Source of the DNA: Candidatus Helarchaeota ASGARD archaeon Hel_GB_B | Lineage (GTDB): Archaea; Asgardarchaeota; Lokiarchaeia; Helarchaeales; HEL-GB-B | DNA: 32,000 nt | Assembly (NCBI GenBank): GCA_005191425.1 | Contig: SUPR01000014.1 | Span: 16,638-48,637, forward strand | Direction: 5' to 3' | In this document: in pieces, positions 1-8,601 of the stretch | How positions within the stretch are numbered: the first letter of the stretch is position 1 | How the letters are laid out: every line of letters begins with the position of its first letter | Made by a program: the position numbers and the translations under genes | Notes under the pieces: generated by a model | Told to the model about the DNA's origin: nothing | The model's input: the letters and a program-made list of their open reading frames with translations, nothing else | Database searches by the model: none

Positions 1-1674
1 TTCAATATAGAAGAGTTGGAAAGAATTGCCGAAAATCACCTACAAACGAAAAATTACTTGAACTGCGCGCAAACGCTTTCTTTAATTGCTGATTTTTTTA
101 TAAACAAGAATGATGAAGAAAAATACAATTTTTATTATCAAAAAATTTTGAATTGTTTTAAAATATCCGCTGAACAGGAAGATATCGACTTTATGGAAGC
201 AGCTGAAAGATGGTGTGGAGCAGCGTGTTTGGCAAAAGACATTGATTTAAATGAGTATAAAAAGTGCGTAAATAAAATGGTCGAATCTTTGGAGTCTGCA
301 GCATTAAATGCATTAAAAAAAGAAAATTATAATGATGCTGGTGAATATTATCAACAAGCTGGCAAATATATCAAAGATGAATTAGACGATAAAAAATTTC
401 AGAACTTTTTTAAAAAAGCTATTGAATGCTATTCAAAAATAATTAATGTAAGAATAAGTCCAGATCAAAAGGAAGAATTAGCAAAATTTTATATTAAAAT
501 TGCTCGACTTTATGAAGAATTGGACGACCAGGCAAATGCTTTAAATCTATATAATGAAGCTATCCAAGCAATTGAATCAAATAAAATAGTCTCTTCCTAT
601 GAACTTTTGGCAAAAATCTATAATTATAAAGCAAAATGTTTACAAAAATATCCTGTCGAAAAAGTCGACCCTGAGGATTTAATATTAAAATCAATAAATT
701 ATCTCAGTCTAGAAGCTGATAGAAATTTGGAATTAAAAAATTACTTGAAAGCTGCTGAAAATCTTTGTCTGGCAAATAATTTATACGAAAAAATACAAAA
801 GAAGGAATTAAATATTAAAAATTTAATCATAAAAGAAGCAAATTGTTATAAATATGTCGCTGATATGTTAAAATCGAACGGCGATATATTACAAGCTGCG
901 AAATTTGAGAGAGATGCTGCTTTTTGTTATTATAAATTAAATGACCATAATAAAGCAATAAAATTACTATTAATAACAGCTGAACAAATGGAAAATGAAA
1001 AACAATATTTAATATCAGCTGAAAATTATCGTGATGCCAGTTTAGTATATGATCAATTAAAGGATTATATTAATTGTGGTGAATGTGCATTTAAAGGTGG
1101 GAATCTCGCGAAAATTGGTGGCGACGAATATAGTGCACTTGAAAATTTCAAGATTGCATTCAATTGTTTCAGTAAAATAGGGGAAAAAGACTTAATTCAT
1201 AAATGTAAAAAAGAATTAACTAACTGTTTATCCAAAATTGCAGAAGGAGAAATTGAAGTAAAAAATTATCACTTAGGGGGAACTTATTTGTTTGAAGCTG
1301 CTAAGTATGAAGACAATGAAGACCTTTATAGGTCATATCTTGGGCGGTCGTTGGATTCCTATTTGAAAGCTATTGATATAGCTATTGATGATTCAAACTA
1401 TTTTATTGCAGCTTATTCTTTATGTTGTGCAGGACTCGTGATGGTCCTATTAAATCGAACAAATGACATAATCAATATACTAAAGGAATATCCTGAATTA
1501 AATAATGAACGATATACCTTATTTCTTAACGACTTTGTAAATTCTATATTAACTAAAGATATATCTAATCAAAAATTAAAAAATATCAAAGAAAAATACT
1601 ATAAGCTTATTTCAAATTCTAATGAAATTCAAAACCTTGTTTCTTTAATAGAACAGCGCGTTGGGGAAAATTAA
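1..1674 (+). CDS. TPR/alpha-SNAP-like helical repeat protein (5' truncated by window edge)
   Basis: Frame is open from base 1 (ttc aat ata gaa gag ttg), so the true start is upstream. Repeated A(A/G)ExYxxAAxC(Y/F)-type helical hairpins. C-terminus (AAYSLCCAGLVMVLL...EYPELNNERYTLFL...KYYKL) resembles the alpha-SNAP C-terminal bundle. Confidence 0.7.
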   Translation, partial: FNIEELERIAENHLQTKNYLNCAQTLSLIADFFINKNDEEKYNFYYQKILNCFKISAEQEDIDFMEAAERWCGAACLAKDIDLNEYKKCVNKMVESLESAALNALKKENYNDAGEYYQQAGKYIKDELDDKKFQNFFKKAIECYSKIINVRISPDQKEELAKFYIKIARLYEELDDQANALNLYNEAIQAIESNKIVSSYELLAKIYNYKAKCLQKYPVEKVDPEDLILKSINYLSLEADRNLELKNYLKAAENLCLANNLYEKIQKKELNIKNLIIKEANCYKYVADMLKSNGDILQAAKFERDAAFCYYKLNDHNKAIKLLLITAEQMENEKQYLISAENYRDASLVYDQLKDYINCGECAFKGGNLAKIGGDEYSALENFKIAFNCFSKIGEKDLIHKCKKELTNCLSKIAEGEIEVKNYHLGGTYLFEAAKYEDNEDLYRSYLGRSLDSYLKAIDIAIDDSNYFIAAYSLCCAGLVMVLLNRTNDIINILKEYPELNNERYTLFLNDFVNSILTKDISNQKLKNIKEKYYKLISNSNEIQNLVSLIEQRVGEN

Positions 1675-1831
1675 ACCACAAATTTTTGGGGGGAAATTTT
1701 AGTTAACTATTTTAATTAAAATTATTTAAAATAAATTATATTTGAATAATAATAATTATTTAATAAATTTCAAAAATCATTATTTGAAGTATTATTTTTT
1801 ATTTGGTTAAAAAACAGCTTTAATTAAAAAG

Positions 1832-1969
1832 GTGAGTAAAATATCGGAAATATCTGACAAAAAGAAATTTAAGATTGTAAAAAAAGATTTATTAGTCGGA
1901 CTTAAATATGCAAGGACTCTTGACGAGATAATTGCATTATTAAAAAGAAAAATTAGAGAATTGACATAA
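1832..1969 (+). CDS. Small helical protein (about 42-45 aa), paralog of the N-terminal domain of the next gene; not in ORF track
   Basis: Translates MSKISEISDKKKFKIVKKDLLVGLKYARTLDEIIALLKRKIRELT*. Aligns without gaps to LSDRKKWALVRKQLYVAIKKARSLDEIISILKDWYAELT of 1985..2338. Start is GTG 1832, or ATA 1841 five nt after AGGTGA. Confidence 0.75.
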   Translation: MSKISEISDKKKFKIVKKDLLVGLKYARTLDEIIALLKRKIRELT

Positions 1970-1984
1970 TGGAAGTTTTAAAAT

Positions 1985-2338
1985 ATGTTATCTGATAGAA
2001 AAAAATGGGCATTGGTAAGAAAACAATTGTATGTTGCAATTAAAAAAGCTCGGTCATTAGATGAAATTATTTCCATATTAAAAGACTGGTATGCAGAATT
2101 AACAGATTCGGATAGTGAAGACTCAATTCCCCATATAAATGTACAAATTAACCCTTCAGTTGAAAAGGCATCAGTACCTTCAGAAACTACTTCTGAAATG
2201 TTCGAGGCTCCTGAAGAATTTAAAAGGGAAAATTTAGAAGAGAAAGTTGAATTAATAACATGTCCCCATTGTGGAGAAAAAATTGAATATACTCAAGGGA
2301 CTGTCTTTTGTCCAAATTGTGGTATGCCCATAGATTAA
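1985..2338 (+). CDS. Small protein: N-terminal helical hairpin, acidic linker, C-terminal zinc ribbon
   Basis: CPHCG-x10-CPNCG zinc ribbon at C-terminus; D/E/S/P-rich linker. Confidence 0.8.
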   Translation: MLSDRKKWALVRKQLYVAIKKARSLDEIISILKDWYAELTDSDSEDSIPHINVQINPSVEKASVPSETTSEMFEAPEEFKRENLEEKVELITCPHCGEKIEYTQGTVFCPNCGMPID

Positions 2339-3048
2339 TACATATATTCTGGTAGAGTATTCAAAATTCTTTGAATTCGCTGGGCTAAATCATTATTACC
2401 TGTTTGTTTGCATATTTCTAAACCTTTTTTTAATGTATCTTCAGCTTTATTGTAATTTTCAATTGTTATTAAAGCTGAACCTAAATAATACAAGATAGTA
2501 GCTCGTTCAGATATAATTTCTGGGTCATTTGAATTTTTAGTCATTTGAAATGCTTTTTCCAATGTTTCTATTACTTCATTGGGGTCTCCGAATTTACTTG
2601 TGGCTATTGGAAGGTAAAAATTTCTGATATCTTCTATGGAATATATTTTTTCAGGTAATTTATCTTTTGTAATCTTTTCAGTTTCAGATTTAAAAGCTTC
2701 TATAGAGTCTATTTTTGCAAGTTCAATTAATTTGTCAATGAAATCTCGCGGGTCCTTTTTTATTTCCTTTAATTTTTTATCAAGTTCATTTAAATTATTG
2801 ACAAGAAAAGAGTTGGATGCTTTATTTGCAATAAGAAGTCCCTTTTTAATAAATTTCTCAGCTGCAGAAAAGTTATTTATATAAATATTTATAAGCGCAG
2901 AATAATAAAAAATAAGTGTCCTGAATGTAGTATTATTCATTAAATCTTTTACATCAATTACCTTTTTAATTCTAAGCAGAGCATCATCAAAATGTTGACT
3001 TGTTATATCCGTTTTTATCGTATCAAAAAATTTATATATTTTCTCTAT
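2335..3048 (-). CDS. TPR-containing protein
   Basis: TPR-like units (ILYYLGSALITIENYNKAEDTLKKGLEIC; FYYSALINIYINNFSAAEKFIKKGLLIA). The track starts at ATG 2940, but the frame stays open to 3138 and continues as TPR-like helix (HFDDALLRIKKVIDV). A plausible ATA start lies at 3048, 8 nt after GGGG. Confidence 0.7.
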   Translation of the reverse strand: MEKIYKFFDTIKTDITSQHFDDALLRIKKVIDVKDLMNNTTFRTLIFYYSALINIYINNFSAAEKFIKKGLLIANKASNSFLVNNLNELDKKLKEIKKDPRDFIDKLIELAKIDSIEAFKSETEKITKDKLPEKIYSIEDIRNFYLPIATSKFGDPNEVIETLEKAFQMTKNSNDPEIISERATILYYLGSALITIENYNKAEDTLKKGLEICKQTGNNDLAQRIQRILNTLPEYMY

Positions 3049-3207
3049 TTTTAACGCCCCATTTATACTTTTAATAAATATAGACGATAATAATATACAA
3101 TTGGAGAACTCAATTATATAATTTTTTATTTTTTCATTTCATAAATTCTGAAGAAAAATTTGAAAATTGATTTTTATTAAGTGATAATATTTTGAATTGT
3201 TTAATTA

Positions 3208-4848
3208 TTATTTAAATTGTATAACCATACCGGGCAATTCTTCGGTGAGTTTTCCTTCGTCCATCACAACTTTTCCATTTACAATGACCTTATGGATACC
3301 TTTTGGAAATGATATAGGGTTCTGGTGTGTTGCTGTATCAATAACTGTATCTGGGTCAAAAATAACAATATCTGCTTTAAAATCTTCTTTTATTATTCCT
3401 CTATCATCAATAGAAAATTTTTTAGCAGGGAAACCTGTCATTTTGTAAATTGCTTCTTCAAGAGAAATAATTTGTGATTGGCGGGCGCACCTACCTAAAA
3501 TCCGAGGATAAGTACCTAATACTCTGGGGTGAGGTTTTCCCACATTTGGACATAAATTATCCGTTGAAAACATTAAATATGGTGATTTCATGAGTTTAAT
3601 TACATCTTTTTTTTTCATTAAGAACATTGAGATTAATATAGCACCTTCTTCCTCTCTTAATAAATTTAAAGTTGCATTATATATATCAACGCCTGGGTAT
3701 AACGTGTTAATGACATTTTCTAATGTTTTTCCTTCAAATTCGTGTTTATACTTCATGGACGTAATTATCACTTTTTTCTGTAATTTGTCCATTATCAGTT
3801 TCATCCAGACCATTTTTGGGATAAACCGTAGAAACCATGGAATACCGACCATTTTCCACAATGTATTTTTAAACTCATTAATTATTCGTTTTCTATTTAC
3901 GGGTGATGTAAGATTTTGTCTAAAAGCTTTATCGCCGCCATCAAATACCCAAGGTTGTAGTAATCCACTCAATACGCTATTTGCAGCTGTATATGGGTAC
4001 ATATCTCCGTTTACATCTACACCGAACTCTCGTGCATTTTTAATCATTTTATTTATTTTTTTTATGATATATTTTGTAAATATACTACCTGCAACTTTAA
4101 CATGTGAAATTTCGACAGAAGCACCTGTACTTTTCCCAATTTCAAGAGCTTCATTTATAGCTTTTATAATACCTCTACCTTCATCTCTAATATGAGTGGA
4201 ATAGATTCCACCATATTCACCGACCACTTTAGTTAATTCAATTAATTCATTTGTTGTTGTTATGGAGCCTGGTGGGTAGATCAAACCTGTGGAGATACCA
4301 AAAGCTCCATCTTCCATTCCTTCTCGGACTATCTGTTTCATCTGTTTTAGTTCATCATCGTTAGGCTCTTGGTTGTCCATTCCCATTACATATACTCTAA
4401 CATTACCTTGAGGAATTAAAAACCCAATATTCAGTGTGCAACCATTTTTATTAATGTAATTCATAAAATCACTAATTCTATTAAAGAATTCAATATTTAA
4501 TGACCCTAAAATAAACGAAATATAATTTTGGTAGTAATTTCTCACTGTTTCATTCATTGGTGCGAGTCCAATTCCACAATTACCAACAATTTCTGTAGTA
4601 ATTCCTTGCATAATACTATATTTAGCGTATTTGTCTAACAAATATGAAAAATCAAAATGAGAGTGGACATCTATGAACCCCGGGCAAACAACTTTTTTAC
4701 TTGCGTTAATCACCAAATCAGCAGTTTCTGAAGTATTACCGGTTTGAATATTAGTAATTATTCCTTTATCTATTAGTATATTCCCAGAGAACCTGTTATT
4801 CCCTGTTCCGTCTATGATTATTCCATTTTTTATTAGAATATCGGTCAT
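3208..4848 (-). CDS. N-acyl-D-amino-acid deacylase (D-aminoacylase) family amidohydrolase
   Basis: PGFIDVHSH metal motif, GNCG, STHIRDE, SHVK, FSTD, HPRVLGTYPRILG, KADIVIFDP; RBS-like AGGTTGA before ATG. Confidence 0.9.
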   Translation of the reverse strand: MTDILIKNGIIIDGTGNNRFSGNILIDKGIITNIQTGNTSETADLVINASKKVVCPGFIDVHSHFDFSYLLDKYAKYSIMQGITTEIVGNCGIGLAPMNETVRNYYQNYISFILGSLNIEFFNRISDFMNYINKNGCTLNIGFLIPQGNVRVYVMGMDNQEPNDDELKQMKQIVREGMEDGAFGISTGLIYPPGSITTTNELIELTKVVGEYGGIYSTHIRDEGRGIIKAINEALEIGKSTGASVEISHVKVAGSIFTKYIIKKINKMIKNAREFGVDVNGDMYPYTAANSVLSGLLQPWVFDGGDKAFRQNLTSPVNRKRIINEFKNTLWKMVGIPWFLRFIPKMVWMKLIMDKLQKKVIITSMKYKHEFEGKTLENVINTLYPGVDIYNATLNLLREEEGAILISMFLMKKKDVIKLMKSPYLMFSTDNLCPNVGKPHPRVLGTYPRILGRCARQSQIISLEEAIYKMTGFPAKKFSIDDRGIIKEDFKADIVIFDPDTVIDTATHQNPISFPKGIHKVIVNGKVVMDEGKLTEELPGMVIQFK

Positions 4849-4980
4849 ATTTTCAACCTATATTCGATAAATATTAAGTGAAATCATATTCATCAATATA
4901 ATATAAAAAAATTTAGTATCAAATAAAAATTAAAAAGTAAAAAAAATTGAATAAAATTAGACATGAATTTTTTTGTTTTT

Positions 4981-6732
4981 TTAGCTGGATTTTTTTTGTT
5001 TTTTTAATTCTTTTTGTAATAAAGCTCTCCTCATGACTTTTCCAACTGGTGTTTTTGGTATCATTCCTACAAATTCTACAATTCTTGGCCATTTATAACC
5101 AGCCATTTTTTCTTTAGCCCAATCGATGATTTCTTGTTCAGTAATTTTACCTTGATATTCAGGTTTCAATTTAATAAAGGCTTTAATTTTTTCTCCGACA
5201 ATTTCATCTGGGTCTGGGACGCCAATAACTGCACATTCAAGAACTGCTGGATGCTCATAAAGTGATTCTTCAACTTCCGCCGGTAATATTCGGTATCCTT
5301 TATATTTTATTTGTTCTTTTGTCCTGCCTACTATATAAAAAAAGCCTTTTTCGTCCATATAAGCTATATCTCCAGTTCTTAGCCAGATATTTCCGTTCTC
5401 GTCTTCAACAAGTGTATCTTTTGTAGCTTCAGGATTTTTCCAATAACCTTTCATAACTTGAGGGCCTCTTATTAATAATTCACCGCGTTCTCCGACTTTC
5501 AATTCAGTAATATAATCTGGGGGTTGGACTATTTTTGCGTCAGTGTCAATTATTGGAAAACTAATACTCTCTGGATTAATATCTTCCCAGCAGGCAGCTA
5601 CTGTGCACATGCAAGTGACTTCTGTGAGGCCATATGCATTTACTACTTTTAATCCTGTTTTGTCATGCCAAATTTTTGCTACTTTTGGCGGGAGGGCAGC
5701 AGCTCCGGATGCGCTAAATTCCAAGGACGAAAGGTCGCTTTTTTTAAAGTTTGGATGGTTAATTAAAAAATTGTACATTGTGGGAATACCCGAAAATGTC
5801 GCAAGTTTATATCTATCTATCATTTTAAGGACTTCCCCAGCATCAAAACTAGAATAAATTATCAAGCTAATCACTCCTAACACGCATGAATTAAGGACAA
5901 AAAAACCCATTCCATGACATAGTGGATTACAAGTTAATGACCTCACTTTTCCCAATTCTGCGAGAGTCTCTTCAACTGAGCCTCTCCATGAACCAGCAAC
6001 ACCTGTATATAAAAATTGAAACGAATTTGATAGAATATTTGAGTGCGTTAACATAACGCCTTTTGGGAGACCTGTCGTCCCACCTGTAAATAATAGTGCA
6101 CCCAAATCCTCCTTAATATTAATATTGACCTTTGGAAATAATGGGCGATACTTTTCAAGCAGTTTTTTAATAGTTATTTCATCAGGTTTGTCTGATGATA
6201 TTTTAATTATATTTTCAACATTTGCTTCTTTACATGCGCGTTTTACTGTTCCAAATAATCTCTCATCCGTAATGAAAACTTTTATTATTCCCGATGAATT
6301 AACAATATGAGCAACTTCCTTTTTTTTCAATAACGGATTTACAGGAATTAGGATACCCCCTGATTGACTTGAGGCATAAACTGCAAAAATATATTCTGGA
6401 CAATTTGGAGTCATAATTGCTATTCCATCGCCTTTTTTAATTCCAAATTCGTTCATAAATACATTTGTTAATACATCTACATAATAGGAAGTTTCATAAA
6501 ATGTATATTTATCATTAGTCTGGGGAAAATGCATCATTATGTTATTGGGGAAATCTAACGCGGATTTTTTTAATAAACAATGAAAACCTTCAAGTTCTGG
6601 ATATTTTAAAGTTTTTGGGATATAATCTGGTCTATTTTTAAGCCAAGGTCTACCCGGTCTGACCCATGGACTTTCATGGTCAAAATCTGCTACTTCCAGG
6701 CGATCATAATCACATCTTTCTTCATTAGACAA
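4981..6732 (-). CDS. Long-chain-fatty-acid--CoA ligase (AMP-forming, FadD-like)
   Basis: LFTGGTTGLPKGVMLTH P-loop, AYGLTE, LRTGDIAYMD, GRTKEQIK, PKTPVGKVMRR. Confidence 0.93.
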   Translation of the reverse strand: MSNEERCDYDRLEVADFDHESPWVRPGRPWLKNRPDYIPKTLKYPELEGFHCLLKKSALDFPNNIMMHFPQTNDKYTFYETSYYVDVLTNVFMNEFGIKKGDGIAIMTPNCPEYIFAVYASSQSGGILIPVNPLLKKKEVAHIVNSSGIIKVFITDERLFGTVKRACKEANVENIIKISSDKPDEITIKKLLEKYRPLFPKVNINIKEDLGALLFTGGTTGLPKGVMLTHSNILSNSFQFLYTGVAGSWRGSVEETLAELGKVRSLTCNPLCHGMGFFVLNSCVLGVISLIIYSSFDAGEVLKMIDRYKLATFSGIPTMYNFLINHPNFKKSDLSSLEFSASGAAALPPKVAKIWHDKTGLKVVNAYGLTEVTCMCTVAACWEDINPESISFPIIDTDAKIVQPPDYITELKVGERGELLIRGPQVMKGYWKNPEATKDTLVEDENGNIWLRTGDIAYMDEKGFFYIVGRTKEQIKYKGYRILPAEVEESLYEHPAVLECAVIGVPDPDEIVGEKIKAFIKLKPEYQGKITEQEIIDWAKEKMAGYKWPRIVEFVGMIPKTPVGKVMRRALLQKELKKQKKSS

Positions 6733-6918
6733 ACGAATTCACCCTTACAAAATAAAAATTAATTTGATTAGTATTATTGAATTTTTATTAAAAATTTAAT
6801 TAATTAATATTATTAATAATAAATATTAAATAGATTGATAAATTTAACATTTGAAGATTTATTATTATTACTAATAATTAATTAAAGAAATCATTAATCA
6901 ACAAGGCGTTTTTATAAA

Positions 6919-7938
6919 ATGAATCAAGAAATTGACCATAATTCTGAATCAATAAAGTCTATATACCACCAAATACAGGGATTTTTTAAGAATCCATTTG
7001 ATTATAAATTAAGCCTTAAATCATTATCCTGGTATTTAATAGCTTTAGTAAGTTGTTATTTAATTTCAAGTTTATTTCATGGTAGTATAAATATTCCAGT
7101 TAATATAAGTGAACTACCAAATGGTGCTGGACAATTTTTTCCGTTTCCCTTACCTGATATAATCGAACTTATTTTTATGGGTCCAATATTCACTCTAATC
7201 TATTTTATTATAATGAAAATAATGATAAAAAAAATTAAGATTGAAAAAAAGCGAGATTCTTATATTTCAGAATTTTTGGAGCTTATAAGTATTTTATTAG
7301 TGGGAATATTGGTAGCTGGACATTTTATCCATGTAACTTATAACTATGCAAGTCATCTTTATGATTTACAATTTGGTGGATATGATACTTCTAATTTATT
7401 TTTATTTTTATATTGGTCTGACGAATGGTTAGGACATCATCTTATTCATTTTGCATTTTTTTTCCAGATAATTTTATTTTTAATAGTTGAATATAAGCTT
7501 AACGATCATAAAATTATGAGTTGGGACGAAATCGCTCTTTCTGTTTCATTAGGGATTGGTCTATTTATTTTATTGGGATGGGCTACTTATGAAGGGCAAT
7601 GTACTTTTCCATTAATGCTACTTTGCTTCATTTTATTAATTGTAGAAATAATTATTATTTTAATAAAAAGGTTAAACCCACTAAGATTTCCTCTTATTTT
7701 CATTACAATGATCTCAAATATAATTGTAGTCGGATTCTATTTTTTCTGGATATTTAGTTATGGAATTAAACCATATTATCCTTTTATATATCAGCCGTCC
7801 GAGTTGAGCAATTACTTTGACCCGGTAAATCATTTATTAGAAATTTTTATTATAATTGCAATAATTTATTTATCTCTTTTTACAATAAAATTTATCAAAA
7901 ATTATAAAAAGAAGGACTTAAAAAATGAACCCAAATGA
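6919..7938 (+). CDS. Multi-pass membrane protein with CLN6-like motifs
   Basis: About 7-8 hydrophobic segments. Motifs GHFIH-x7-H, LYWSDEWLGHH, TYEGQ and YPFIYQP match recalled human CLN6 motifs GASIH..NH, LYYYDEYLGH, VTEGQ and YPGVIYVP in order. Confidence 0.65.
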   Translation: MNQEIDHNSESIKSIYHQIQGFFKNPFDYKLSLKSLSWYLIALVSCYLISSLFHGSINIPVNISELPNGAGQFFPFPLPDIIELIFMGPIFTLIYFIIMKIMIKKIKIEKKRDSYISEFLELISILLVGILVAGHFIHVTYNYASHLYDLQFGGYDTSNLFLFLYWSDEWLGHHLIHFAFFFQIILFLIVEYKLNDHKIMSWDEIALSVSLGIGLFILLGWATYEGQCTFPLMLLCFILLIVEIIIILIKRLNPLRFPLIFITMISNIIVVGFYFFWIFSYGIKPYYPFIYQPSELSNYFDPVNHLLEIFIIIAIIYLSLFTIKFIKNYKKKDLKNEPK

Positions 7939-8425
7939 AATTTTAGAATTAATGAAAAATAGGCGGTCAATTAGAGAATATACGGATACACCGATATCTA
8001 ATGAAGATATTAATATGATATTAGAAGCAGCTCGATGGTGTCAAAGTGGGAGTAATAAGCAGCCATGGCGATTTATTGTGATTAAAAATAAAAATATAAT
8101 AGAAAAACTTGCAAAATTAGCTAAATATGGCCACTTTGTTAAACGAGCTCCTGTTGTAATTGCCGTTGTATCTAATAAAAAAGTATCACCAAAATGGTAT
8201 ATTCATGACTCTTCAATGGCAGCTCATCAAATTTGTCTAATGGTATCTGCTCTGGGATTGGGCACTTGTTGGATAGGGAGTTTAGACCGTGATAAAGGTG
8301 CAGAATTATTAGGTCTCTCAAAAGATGAATTTCTCACAACAATTCTACCTATTGGACACCCCCAGAAAATTCCTAAACCAACACCTCGAAAACCATTAGA
8401 AAAAATCGTTTCTTATTTAGATTAG
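7925..8425 (+). CDS. Nitroreductase family protein
   Basis: RRSIREY, ILEAARWCQSGSNKQPWRFIVI, LGLGTCWIG, LPIGHP; overlaps upstream stop by 14 bp (likely co-transcribed). Confidence 0.92.
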   Translation: MNPNEILELMKNRRSIREYTDTPISNEDINMILEAARWCQSGSNKQPWRFIVIKNKNIIEKLAKLAKYGHFVKRAPVVIAVVSNKKVSPKWYIHDSSMAAHQICLMVSALGLGTCWIGSLDRDKGAELLGLSKDEFLTTILPIGHPQKIPKPTPRKPLEKIVSYLD

Positions 8426-8601
8426 TGGTGCAAGTTAATTAAAAAACTGTAATTTAACCTAAAATTCAACTTCATTTTTTCTTGTCCAACCGTTAAAAAG
8501 TTTTTAAAAAAATTCATGTTCAATATTAAAAAGCATAAATTCTAGATATATCTTTTATTTTACATTACTTTTTATAAACAAAATTAAAGAAAATAACAAA
8601 A

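Noticed and set aside
1832-2100. Interpreting the duplicated 40-aa motif as a SNARE motif because of the adjacent SNAP-like gene
   Set aside because: It is too short for a 60-70-aa SNARE coil, appears to be a two-helix hairpin, and has no TM anchor.
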